DNA from: Moniliella sp. 'wahieum'
Lineage: Eukaryota
NCBI GenBank assembly: GCA_003971905.1
Contig: RSEE01000008.1
Coordinates: forward strand, 620,001-684,000
DNA: 64,000 nt
Direction: 5' to 3'
The notes under the pieces: generated by a model
Seen by the model: the letters and a program-made list of their open reading frames with translations, nothing else
The model's database searches: none
What the model was told of the DNA's origin: nothing
Translations under genes and position numbers: made by a program
Shown: positions 12,999 through 25,441 of the stretch, one piece after another
Numbering within the stretch: position 1 is the first letter of the stretch
Layout: every line of letters starts with the position of its first letter

Positions 12999-14407
12999 GG
13001 GCACCGCGGTTGAAATGCCCCTCTCCTCTTCCCACCTGTCCCTGCCCCTCTTCCCTGCTTCATCCTCTATAACCCTGTAAACTCCAGGACCAGAATGTCT
13101 GTTACCCTCTGTTTCCTGTCGGTTTTACCACCACTTTGGCTGTCTTTGGCCCGTCCTGTGTCCGTTATGGGTGCCGCGTGTCTAAGGTGCGCGCCTCTCC
13201 GTCTCCTTTTATTACTTTTCTCAAGGTGCATAATTCCTCCCTTTCTTTCCTGTCGGGTTCGCGAAGCTCTCGTTGTTTTCGCTCTTTTGCCGTTGTGTGC
13301 ATGCCCCCTCTTCGAGATTGCATTCGCTTTTTGGGCGCCACCAAGGTGGTCGCACGCCCCCCTCCTGCTCTTACTATACTCTCTCATTTTCCTTTCATCC
13401 GTGCAAACCGTAGAAAGTACCAAACGCAACCGTGCAGAAAAGATGTGTGGACGCCACTGTTGATGACAGAAGACATGTCGATGCATGATGTGATGGACCA
13501 GCCCCGTATTGAGTGTTGGAGGGTCTACACCTTCCTACTTTTCCTCCCGGTTTTATTTGATGTGCATACCAAACACTGTAGCAACCATCCTAGATGGGAT
13601 GACAGCGATGCCACACCTTCGGCCTTGGCCCCCTTGCTGATGGCAGGGTCTTCCCAACAGCCGTGCAATGCTTAGAAAAGCTCGCCTCAAAGAAATGGCT
13701 GGTGTTTGTCGCCAGGTCTGGTTCGGGGGGCGGTGTGGTGATTGAGAACAACGTTACATTGACGCTCCCCCGATTTGCTTCCGTAGGTTTGGAATGAAAG
13801 TGCGGTACAGTGCAGTCGACATTCACGACGGCATCGTGGTGTGTAGCCAATTCCCATTCCACCCACCCCAGCCTCTATACCACACTCTCTCGGGAGCTTT
13901 CCTCCCTTTGACAACCGCCATGTACTACCGATTCCAAAGCGCGAGAAGCATACCACGTTCACCAAAAGGTCTACTACCCAAGACGAACAACCAGGATCAC
14001 ATGCAAAGGGGAAAACATGGGACATCAAAACATGCCAAGGGGCGGGGATGAGCACGGCGAGAGGCCACGTAGTGCCGTTCAAGTATGTTTGTGCTCCTGC
14101 GTAGCTCGCGGGCCAGCATGCGCACTCTTTTACATCCACATACTCTTTTCCATCCCTCTCTTAGTCCCGGGTATCTTACTTCGTGTGTAGTAGTTCCGTC
14201 GCGACTATACTTCAACTTCTCTGTTCAACTGTTATCATCCTGACTCCAATTTGATATGGGACACATCCGGCAGAAAAAAGAGTCGTAAAGAGTCTGTCTG
14301 TGATTAAGCATGCAATAGCGAGTCAAGACGAAGCACTGGTGTAGAAAGGGCAGGGAAACGTGTATGGTGGGGCACTGAGGGTTTAAGGGAACCCTGTTGC
14401 GGCCCTC

Positions 14408-15577
14408 TTATAGTGTGTCGGTCAAAGTTCCGACAGGTCGGCCATTGTAGGCCACCTCATACACTTCAGTGAAAAGCGGGTAATCTTGCGTCCGTCCTCT
14501 GGCAGCGAGGAAAAGGTGGATCTCCTTTGCGGTCACTGTACCCTGTAGTTTTTGACCATTGAGCAACTCCGCCTCCTCCAATCAAACGACTTGCCCGTCT
14601 TGACGAACGCCTCCGCCACCCGTCGGTTCCTCCCTCCATAGCACGTAGTGATCAAGTCAGCAACTCCGGCGGAGGTCTCGGTAAATGTCTCTGACTTGAC
14701 AGGGAAGAACTCTTGGGCGAAAGTCTTCATCTCAATCAGCCCAATCCGCATGATGGCGGCCTTGGCATTATCGCCCCAGCCCAGGCCATCCACAAGGCCA
14801 GCAGCGATGGCCACCACATTTTTCAGCGCACCCCCAAGCGAAACACCGTACACGTCTTCCACCAGCCCCACCCGGAACTTGGGCGTCTCAAACAGCTTGT
14901 GAAACAGCTCTGCCCATGCTCTCTGGCCCTCTCGGTAGCCAATCGTTGTTTCGGAAAACTTGCCACGCGCCACTTCTGACGCAATGTTGGCCCCCGACAA
15001 AGCTGAACACTTGCACCCCAGGTACTCTTCAATCACATCGGCAAAGACACGAACGTGGGTCGTCTGCACCTCCACACCCTTGATCATGGAGATGGCGTGG
15101 GAGTGCGGAGCGATATGCCCTTGGAGCTGCTTGCACAGCCCATCGATAAATTGGTGGGGGGTGACAAAGATGAGCAGGTTCGCATCCCACGCCGTCTCGA
15201 CGGGGTCGGGGCAGGCATAGATGTTGTTAGGCAAACGGACGCCGGGGAGGTACTTGACATTCTCGTGGTCCGAGTTAATAATCTCGGTGAGCTTGCGGCC
15301 GTTGACCTCCTCCTCATAAACGTACATCCATACCCGCTCTTGGAAGAGGTGCGGGAACCGGCGTACGTTATCCCACAATCTTGGCAATAGCGCTGCCCCT
15401 ACAGAAAGGGGGTCGGGGGACAAGGGTGGAGTCAGTAGCTATCCTTGGCATGAGCGCAGAGGCTCAGCCTCAACCACGGTAGAAAGTACACCAGGGACGA
15501 CGGAGGGAGACGTACCAGTTGCCGGAGCCAATGATGGCAATCTTGAATTGCGTGTTGGCAGGTGGAACGGCGGACAT
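14408..15577 (-). CDS. GPD1: Glycerol-3-phosphate dehydrogenase (NAD+)
   Basis: [76 protein letters not shown]. One intron near 15400-15514. Stop TAA at 14408-14410. Confidence 0.95.
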
Positions 15578-17872
15578 GGCGGTGGTGGAGGGGAGGTGAA
15601 GAGGCTAAGAAGAAAAAGGTTGGGGAATGTCTGCAGCTGGTGGGGGGGCAAGCTCTTTTCAGCGGGCGCTTCTAGATCCAGGCACAAGTCCGAGGCACGG
15701 CTATTTGCGAGATGGATGACAAGGAAAATTATTGCCCAGCCCCCCAACGCCCGCCCAGAGGATTAATGTCAGTCAGTCGGCTCCGGCTCCGGCTCCGGCT
15801 TCTGAAGAGCCGGCGGCGCCCAAAGCAGCAGGGGGCGAGGCAGTCGCGTGGCGCACCGGATGAGCGATGAGCGCTGAGCACGAGTAATACTGTAGGCGCA
15901 TTGTGTGGGATGTGGGCCCCAATTCCTTGGTTTGGCGCGTCCCAGCGCCGTACTGAGCATGATTATTGAGCAGCCTGAGCTGTGCAAAGGAGTTCAGCAA
16001 CCCGTCGACTTTGAGTGTTGAGTGTTGCGTGTCGAGCACACTGAGGGGTCTGAGGCCTCACCTGAGGCCTGAGGGCCTGAGGAAGCACGGAGTTCTCAAT
16101 GAGTCCGTTGCCAATTGCGCCCAGCGGGCACACGAAAGGCACGTGAAAACCGCCTGGCAGAGGCCAGCCACAGCCGGAAGCCAGCGGCCAAGAGCTTTAA
16201 AAGCTTCTCAAGCTTCTAGCGTCCAAGCTGATCACATGCAGATCACAAGCTTCAAGCAAGTGTCCAACAGTGCCACAGGTTGCCTCAGTTCCCCGGGCGT
16301 GTCCAACCAGGCCCAACTCTGCCCAACCCCGACCACCTAGCGACCCCACCAGCCAACCATCAAAGCGTCAACCCCACAGCCGCCCTTAACAGTGAGCGGA
16401 ACCTGCGTCCAGACTGGTAATAGCCGCCGTCTGCTGCTCCGTCGGCCAATGCCCCTGCGCCTAGGCGGTCGTAGCAGCCACGTGACGTACGGCACGTGAT
16501 GCGGATGTCGCCGCTTCATTTGCACCGATGGCCGCAAAAGCTGCGACACATACCTGTTTCCGCCCTGCACTGCGGATCTCGGTTGGCTCGGCTGAGATCT
16601 AGGGCTAGTATACGAACAAGGGACGAACAACATGTCCTGTGGACGTGTTGAGCAGCGTTGAACATTGAGCCGTCACGCCAATAGCATGAGGAGCTTGAAA
16701 CCCTGTGGCTGGTGCCCCACCGAATCATCCCAATGTCGGATGGGCTCAAACTCGTTCTTCCCCCAAAATCCAGTGCGTTTAGCACACTCGGACAACTGTT
16801 GTTGGGGACAAGCCAGCAGCGTCAAAAAGCTCCAAGTTGGCTCACGCCGAACGGCTGATATGCCAGGTGGCCCACAACAGGATGGCAGTGCGGAACTAAT
16901 CCTGCTCCCGGAATCCCAACAGCCTCTATCTGATGTTCCCGCTCCCTTACTGATTATCAAACCCTTTCCGGGCCCTGGGCCACCAGAACAAGTCAAACAT
17001 CCCACACCGCCCTCCCACAGTGTGATTTCTGCCCTTGGTGCTCCATCGACGCCGGCACCCCTCATTAATGTCGACTTGGTGACCAAGATGCGGGAGAGTG
17101 TCCGGATGCTCCCATATACGTATCCCAGATGTGGATAATAGCGTGCTGGTCGCAGACTCCGGGAGCGGGACGAGTTACGGGGCGGGAAACGAACAGGATG
17201 TGATTGTGTGCAGAAGCTTCACATCTTTAGGGGGCATACCTGCTATACGACATCCTTTCCACCCCAAGGTGATCGATGGCCGCCTTCCTCGTCTACTATA
17301 GGCATGCAATATAGCTTGCCCCCACAGGCTTCCTCAACATTACATGTTTTGCGCGCGGAGTCTCTCTCAGCGCTCACTCAGCTGTTCACAATAGCCCTTC
17401 TGGATCATGCAGATCATGCAAGCTCAACGTTCAACCCTGAGTTCTGAGAACTGAGATCTGGCCCCTGGGCAGGATGACGTTGATCATGATGGGTGCAGAG
17501 TGCGGGGGATACGGATTGGGGGATGCGTGATCGATATGCAACGAATTATTGTGGTGTGCAAGTATATAACGAAGTGCTCAAGATCTGAGACGAGGTACGG
17601 TCTGGTACGGCACCGGTACGGCGTTATATATGTACTCTCGAGTACAAGTGGCGCCGCCGGGTTTCACTGCGGCCTGATCACACATGGAGACAAAAATGCC
17701 GCCACAGGGTTAATCGATCGATTATCGATTTAATCGATTAGATCTAGACCTTTTTGAGACGCGTGATGGAATAGAATCAGAGTTCTGAGATAGATCTTCA
17801 TTATAATGATCCTAGTTACCCAGCGATGTCCTAAGTGCAGTTATGCAGTGGTAAAGAGAAGACAGGAGCTGG

Positions 17873-17900
17873 GTTGAACGTTGAACGTTGAACGTTGAAC
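17873..17900. repeat. (GTTGAAC)4 heptamer tandem repeat
   Basis: gttgaac gttgaac gttgaac gttgaac read directly. The junctions form AACGTT palindromes. Confidence 0.95.
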
Positions 17901-17907
17901 CCAGACT

Positions 17908-18398
17908 GAGGAAGAAAGAAGAAGAAGAAGAAAGAGAAGAAGAAGAAGAAGAGAAAGAAGAAGAAGAAGAAGAAGAAGAAGAAGAGAAGAAAGAAGAAGA
18001 AGAGAAAAGAAGAGAAGAAGAAAGAAGAAGAAGAGAAGAAGAAAGAAGAAAGAAGAAGAAAGAAGAAGAAGAAGAAGAAGAAGAAGAAGAAAGAGAAGAA
18101 AGAAAGAGAAAAGAGAAAAGAAGAAGAAGAAAAGAGAAAGAAGAAGAAGAGAAGAAGAAAAGAAGAAAGAAGAAGAAGAAGAAAGGAAGAAAAGAAGAAG
18201 AAGGAAGAAGAGAAGAAGAAAAAGAAAGAAGAAGAAGAAGAAGAAGAAGAGAAGAAGAAGAAGAGAAGAAGAAGAAGAAGAAGAAAGAAGAAAGAAGAAG
18301 AAGAAGAAGAAGAAAAGAAGAGAGAAGAAGAAGAAGAAAAGAAGAAGAAGAAAGAAGAAGAAGAGAAGAAGAAGAAGAAGAGGAGAAGAGGAAAAGAG
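17908..18398 (+). repeat. Degenerate (GAA)n microsatellite, purine-only strand, 491 nt
   Basis: Only A and G on the + strand across the interval, dominated by GAA with frequent 1-nt slips. Confidence 0.97.
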
Positions 18399-19521
18399 TG
18401 GCACAAGACCAGAGAGGATAGGGATGCTGGCGTGGTGCCTGGATGTTGAGTAAGGTGGTCAGCGGATCGATATGACCGGGAGGTGGCTGACCCATAGGAT
18501 CCTGGCCATTGACCATCCATGCATCCCATATATCTCGTGCATGCAACGATTCTGTCGAAGATGACAGACAGAAAGGGTTGTTTCAACTTGAACGGGAACA
18601 TAGTATGGTGGGAACTGAAAGTAATGAAGAACGGTATACCCAAGAGAAAGGCTGGATTTTGAAGTACACCATCACGTATCTATGGCACACCGGCCACGAC
18701 CGTTTGCACCAAAAGCACAAAAATGCACCACACCACACACCATACACCATACACCATACACCACATACATCTTTCTTGCAAACCACACGGCCCTATCATG
18801 CCGCATTCTTAAAAAAAGCCATCAGTGTGGCATGTATAGAGTAGGGGCAGATATCAACGCACATTCGTTGTGCACGTCTGTTTTTATATGTATTGGCTCA
18901 CACACAGTCGGAATGCTCGAAACTGAGAAGTAGTATCTCCTGTGTTAATACAGATAGAAAAAAGAGAGTCTGATACAAAAGAATATACTGACAACGTTCT
19001 ACCGGATACCGCGTCTCATATACGATTGTCGGAGCTTCCTATAGTTTCCTTCAGAGCACGGGACGCCATATATATATGGCGGTAAGAAATTGTGATAAAG
19101 GGGGCAATATACCCCCACACCCGAGAGACAGCATGAGTATATGGAATGGAGAGACGAGAGCTATAGTCAATTGCTCTCTAAGAAAGATACACGAGACGGA
19201 TGAGACACAGGGAGATCATGAAAAGCCAAAAAGAGAATTTGAGGCAAGAGAAGATGTAAGGGAGCAGGGTGAATTTTGCCGGTACCGTGGTCAACAGAAT
19301 GGGGAAAGGGGAGAGGAAGGGAGGGGGGGGGGAAGTCCGGCCGGGGGCGAGATACACAAGGGAAATTTGATGCTTGTGCCACAACCTGGATGAAAAGGTT
19401 GAAAACTTTTGCAGAGATGCAAAAAGATATGACAGGACAGAGAGGATGACCGAACGAAGGTAATGAGGAAAAAACCGCATCACACGTCAACGGGAAAAGG
19501 GGATCTTACATCGTGATCGGG

Positions 19522-21104
19522 CTAAAGGAAAGATAGGGGGTAAGGATGAGCGCACCGATAAGTCAAGGGGGGGCAGCGTGCCATGTTCTTCTTCACCTCC
19601 AGTTGAAGGGGAAGTATTTTCCGTGTTTTTGATGGGCAGGGGACAAAAGTCGATGCGGTAGCCAATTCCTCAGATTTAGAAGAGGGAGGGCAGGCATGCT
19701 CCTGTTTGAGAGACGGTGTGGTGCGGAGGGACCCAACTTGGCAAGAAACAGATGCATCTCCATCAAGAGCTACTGGGTCTGGGTCAGCTTCATGAGAAGC
19801 AAGCACTGGTGGCCACTTGCTCTTCGGTTTGGCAGGTGCACCGTGGGTCGTCTGCTTGAAGCTGGGGCTGCGTATGCGCTGATCTTTGTGTTTCCCATCG
19901 GACTCGGCAGGAGTGACTACGCCTCCGTCGGACGTCACGCCCTTCATCTCTTCAAGAATGATATCCCCTAGGTGGCCAGAAATTGAAATATGTGGGACGC
20001 GACCCAGGAAATGTGTTTCGTCAGGAGAATCCAGCGTTTCAGCCGCAGGAGGAGAGGCTGCTTTAGCTTCCGGAATACCGCTAGACCGAGGGAAAGGTGC
20101 TTTTATCTGTGCAGGAGGTGGTCTGGGAGGAGACAAGATAATCGGTGGGGCGGGGCGAAAGGAAAAGTCGGGTTTCCATTTGCGTCGCCTATATGCATCG
20201 TCAAAACGAGAGCGATCGGAGTGGTCAGCAATGCGTTGCACAACAGCAGTCTCATCGGGGGCGAAAAACTAACATGTGCAAAAAGTGTTGCAAGTCCTCT
20301 TGCGTTCGTTGCGCTTCGACACGCCGCGCATCCAGTCCTTCGCCATGCAGGTTGAGATCTGCTGGATGATCTGAGCCGAAGCGTGAGACGATGGGCCCTT
20401 GCGATGTGGTGGCGTCCCCTCCAGGGGTGATGGAGATGGGGGTGAATTCCAAGAGGGTGTGGTGGTGTCGGTAGTAGAACGATGGACAGGTGGCATGGAT
20501 GTTGAAGATGTGGTATGGATGGAAATGGCAGAAGGGGCCGATTGACTGCTGATTGCCACGAGCGGAAGCTGGGGGGGAGAGAGTTAACATCACTTTACTG
20601 TGGTGTAGGCTACTGCGAGGGGGAGAGGGATGAAGGCTGGGGGAAAGGTGGGGTTCGGGATTGTTTTGGGCTGGTGAAGCTGGTTCAACAAACTCGACAG
20701 AAACCGCATCAGGTTCCACCACTGGCGGAGGAACTTGCACTGATACTGGTTTTCGCTGCACGGCTGTTGGAACGGAAGGTGGTGGGGACGGAGGTGATGG
20801 AGGGGGCTGGGGGAGAGGGAGCGATGGAATCGAGCCGTGGGGTTTCGAGGGAGGAGCGGGCAACAAGAGTGTGGGTGCGGAGGTTGTGGCTGTGCCTGCG
20901 CATGCTAATGACTTGCTGGTGGTTGCGCGTCGGATCTTGACTTTGGCCAAGACCATCAATCAAGTCTGCCTCATTGGAGGCGGAGTCTTGGGCGAGGTCA
21001 GGCCCCCAACTACGGTGGAACCAGCGCGACAGCAAGCCAATCTTGCCCATGATGATCGTGGAGAAGATGAACAACAGAATCAGGAGTGCTCCACACGCAG
21101 CCAA
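19522..21104 (-). CDS. Hypothetical protein with N-terminal hydrophobic segment and Pro/Ser-rich body
   Basis: Chain of minus-strand ORFs (20709..21104, 20252..20959, 20269..20559, 19522..20241). Hydrophobic ALLILLFIFSTIIMG near the start. No family recognised. Confidence 0.35.
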
Positions 21105-21494
21105 AGGGGGGCCGGTCCAACACGGCGAGGGTGTGTGTGTGGCTATACGATGAAATTAAGGGGCTAAACGTTAAGAGGGTGTATATACTGGAACCATATC
21201 ATATGACAGAGCTTAAGCTGCTTAAGGCTGTGGGACAAGAAGAAACGCTGCTTCTAAACCGGCCGGTACATCCATCCGATTCAAGCTCTGATGTATATAC
21301 TTTTTGCGGGAGCATTTGGGTGGCGGGTAGCCCGGCAGTGGCGCCCATTGGTGGGTGCCACAACCGCTCAAAAATCTTTTATCTCTAGACTTCATCCATA
21401 TCATTGACAGTGAGCTTAAGGCTGGGACAGGGAAACGCCACGCCTAAACCCACCCGTTCATCTTGCATGTGCTGCTTAGTAGCGCCAACCTCGT

Positions 21495-22717
21495 TTAAGG
21501 AACCAGGAGAATCACTAGGTGATCAGGACCCTCTGGTGCCTGCCATCCGTTCCCGTACCCGAGGTAGCGCGTGTGGACATGGATGAACTCGATGAATGTG
21601 GTAGACATCCGAGCGAGGAACCATTTCCATTGAGAGTCAGTAGTGAAATCCTTCCAGTGCGCAAGCATCTTGCCCGCTGTCTTGGTGCCGTAGTAACCTC
21701 GCGTCGTCAAAACCAGGGGGGAAAACAGCTCTTGGATGCGTCCCTGGTACTTGTCGTTCTTGTCACATTCTGCTTGTTCCACAGCAGCTGAAGCAGCCCC
21801 TTCTCCCAGCGTTCCAAAGGCGTCGCGGTGCTCTCATGCACTACCCTCCGGTACGCGCTTTGCGCCTCCTGCGATCCTATGTCGCGCAACGTGTGGTCCA
21901 CCTCCATTCCTGATCCTCCGATTGCTCCAGGCCCGAACCCCAGCTGACTGGGCCGTAGTCCCGGTGGTCCCCTCGTAATTCTTGTATACATGCAATGGGT
22001 ATATTGTCACGCCCCGCACCCAGTATGATTAGTCTGCTCTTCTATAAACCGGCGCGATATTGCTGGTGTATTGACGCCTGCCACAAAGAATACTATGGGT
22101 TCATCCGCCAAAGAACAGACGGGCTACAATGTGGTTTATGGTGAGATCCCCTACTGAGAAGAGATCGCCAATTTAGTGAAAGATTTTTATACGCAAAGCC
22201 AAGGAGAGAGTGCCGCCATCACGATTTTCGGATAAGAACCAGGCATTACCGGCCGAGCTGCGGAGATTTTGGAAGACGACACGCCATGCCTCGCACTCAA
22301 CCTGCACAAATGCGTCGAGCAGGACCGGGACCAACAGAATTGGGGGATGGACTCCAGGTCCTGGGTACTTGTGTGGTGGGAGGGGTGGATTTTGTCGCCG
22401 ATCGCGGCTCCGGGACCAACTGCCAGCCACAGCCTGAGGCAGGACATGCTCAAGTTTGATGGCATTACCCGTCAGGGAGACACCTCTTGCAATGGCGGTA
22501 TACAGTACTCAAACCACAATTGTTGTGCCACCTGCTCCGCACCATGCAGATGGAGGGTGCAAAGGCCGATCATTTCGACGTGCTCATGAGCTTGCCTCTC
22601 CGGATGGGAGGATGCGGCAGCACGCTTTACTCGTATATTGCGCCCCACGCACGTGCTGTGGCCAACGAGGTCAAGGACTATCTTATTCCGAAGATCAGTC
22701 ACTTGACTATAGCTTGA
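21495..22717. mobile_element. Degenerate non-LTR retrotransposon with restriction-like endonuclease (CRE/Cnl1-like), in two oppositely oriented pieces
   Basis: The + strand (about 22030-22717) gives RT C-terminal-like motifs LALNLHKC, DGLQVLGTCV, LLCHLLRT and LMSLPLRMGGCG...IAPHARA. The - strand (about 21990-21495) gives RLE-like LRP...GPGAIGG..MEVDHTL and KNDKY...FSPLVLTTRG...LAHW...RMS. Many stops and frameshifts. Confidence 0.65.
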
Positions 22718-23447
22718 CTAGCTTGAAGCTTGCAATGAAGCTTGAAGCTTTTTGACTTAGTCATGCAGTCTTCTACATGTCACATGTCACAGATGCCACT
22801 AGTCAATGGCATGTGGGTACAAAATATATGTGTGGGAGGGGTGTGGCGTGGGGTAGCGGCGATGCGATATAGGAGTTTTACTCGCGCGTTGCGCGATCGA
22901 TGAAGGACACAATTGTGCGTTGCGCGTATCCCCGCAATATATGTTCAACGAAGTTAACCCAAAAAACTCCTCGTTCTCATTTTATCTTATTGCTGTGAAG
23001 CATGCGAAGTTTATGTTGAGGAGCTCCGATGCTTTGCTGCACTCGTATCTCGGCCAAAATTGCAGGCTCGCGCTGCGTTATAGAGGCGAATTATTCGGAA
23101 CAGTTCTCAGAGACCAAAGGCTGTGGAGCAGCCACGGGGTGGCTGGTGCGTTTGGCCAAGATCCCTTCAGTCCCTCCTTAGGCCTATGAGTCCCGTTGTC
23201 TTCCTCATTCCGCAGCAAGGCGCGGCAGCGCGACCGGCTACTTGATGTTCCTCTGTGTAGGTGTTGTTGGTTGGCTTGACCACAACCAAAACCACACCAC
23301 CACACACTCGCGGATTTTGCATCGCTGTACACTCTCTCCATGAGGGCCACCGGAATAACTCCAGGTCTCCATCATCACAACTGCGTGGAGGATAGTGGCA
23401 TAAGCCCAAGTCTTAAAAATATGTTTAAAAGGGAAAGAGACCGGAGG

Positions 23448-23484
<37 letters not shown>
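23448..23484. repeat. (CAGGAGA)5 heptamer tandem repeat
   Basis: caggagacaggagacaggagacaggagacaggagac read directly. Confidence 0.9.
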
Positions 23485-25099
23485 TCGACTAATGACTGGT
23501 GACTATAGTGCGCGCTGAGCAGGGAAGGGTGGGTGCGCACACAGCCCACGAACGGGGGACCCCGTTTTCCACCCGACTAATAAGTGAGCGGGAGGGATCA
23601 ATATATGATTTGGAGGGCCGTGCAGGGGAACCCTAACACTCCTACCCGCAGTGGCACACTGGTGCAATGGATATACCCCCGATAGTGCGCGATGATCGAT
23701 GATGTCATCAATGATGCCGATTATGCGGGGAGTGCGGGGTGGCCGCGGCGATAAAAAATGGACAGATACGCGTCACGCGCCACCGACGAATCGCGATATC
23801 GTCACGCGTGTCACCTGCATCACACTACGTCAACACAGTGCGTGTTTTAAAGCAAAGAACTGGTCACCCGTAAGCGAGGTAACCGGTAACCGGTTACCGG
23901 TAATCGATCATCATTAATCACATGCATCACATGCACAATCGAGATCCATCTCTGCGGCTGCACCTAGAGTAGACGTCGGGTGCAAGGGGGGGGATGGGTG
24001 TAGCAGCTCCCCTCTGTTCGTGCCTCTTCTCTGTGCGTTATGCTTTCCGAAGCACATACACAGTATAAGTAGCTCGAACCAATTGTAAGTGTGGCCTGGG
24101 GTAGCAGGTGTAGCTCTCTGTAGGGGTGGTGAGACCGGCGGTGAGGCCTGAGGCCGCCGCGAGGCACTGGCCGCCGGCCTCGCGGCGGCGGCCGGCCCCC
24201 GAAGGGAAATTTGCCCCCCTAAATTCACCGGTTGAGGGAGCTGGAGCACACCTGGGCTGGCACGGAGGCGCTTGCGGGCCTTGCGGAGTTCGCTGAGGTC
24301 GATGCCACCTCTCAGGCCCTGTGGCCTGAGGCCCCTGAGAGTATCGATAACCGGTTATTATTAGCCGATAACCCTCAGGCTGAGGGCCTGAGCCTCAGGC
24401 CTCACTATCAATGATCAATGAGTGACCCGTGACCACGGTCTGATCGAATAGGTAATGAAAACCGGCCGGTAGTTCCGGTAATTACCAGGCGGGTTACTCC
24501 GGCACTGGTTACTCCTCTGGGGTTCTCCGCGGTGATAAAACTTGGTTTCTTGTTTGCTACCATAGGAAAACATTTGTGACACCGTGGGGGGGGGGCAGCA
24601 GAAAACCTATGGCCCCTAAAAACGATTGCCCAGAGTCCAACAATCGCACCCTTTGTGGATGAGAGGCCACGCCAGCAACACCAGGCAACACCACACACTC
24701 CCCCTTTGCCTGCAACAGATGTCTCTTTTGACCTTATTCGATGTGGGCCTTCTTAGTAGGCCCTATGACTGTCACTGGAATTCGTGTGTGAAATTGGGTT
24801 GAATGAAGACTGGTGGGAATGCGCTTGATTCATGAGCGCACGATCCATAAGCGCATAAGCATGGAAGATGAGCATGTTGAATGCCGAACGGTGGTGACCA
24901 GTGAGTACTGTGTGTTGATCGTCACCAGTGAGTGTACTGAAATGCGCTGGCGAGTATCTGTACAGTGAATTAGTATTTGAGCTAAACACAGTTGATGAGT
25001 TCATTAGTCCTCGTATTGAGTACAGTACCCACCGACTGTGATTTCGCACTCAACGCGAGTTGCTGTCCTGAGGCATGACGGCCTCTGATCGGCTGAATA

Positions 25100-25441
25100 C
25101 TCGAACTGACTAGTGACTGAGTACGAGTACTCAGTACTTACTCAGTACTCAATGTTCAACTGAGTACTCAATTTAGTACTCAAAGGGAGTTGCTGCCCTC
25201 AGACTGAGGCCTCAGATCTCAGACTCAATCGCACTCGATACTCGGTCAACGTTCAACGTTCAACGTTCAACCCGAAGCGATTAAATGAGTACTCCGAGCA
25301 CTGTTAGTTCACTGTTGGACTGGGTCTTTGGACTTCCGAGCTCACTCAGTACTCACTGTGCTCAAGTAGTGGTCGCTCGCCACGTTGTCAGCAGTCAGTT
25401 CACTATTCACTAGCAACTAGTCACTAGTCACTAGTCACTTC
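25100..25441. repeat. Mosaic of short palindromic heptamer repeats (AGTACTC, GTTCAAC, ACTAGTC units; AGGCCT and AGATCT sites)
   Basis: gagtactcagtacttactcagtactca; ctgaggcctcagatctcaga; gtcaacgttcaacgttcaacgttcaac; actagtcactagtcactagtcac. Confidence 0.85.

Noticed and set aside
13067..14215. ORFs of 70-180 aa between the membrane protein and GPD1
   Set aside because: No motifs or consistent exon structure; likely convergent 3' UTR or intergenic sequence.
17812..18643. Long E/K/R-rich and F/S/L-rich ORFs on both strands
   Set aside because: They are translations of the GAA microsatellite, which cannot contain stop codons on either strand.
24121..24225. TAGGGGTG start suggestive of a hAT-type terminal repeat
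   Set aside because: No matching inverted end with an 8-bp TSD could be found.
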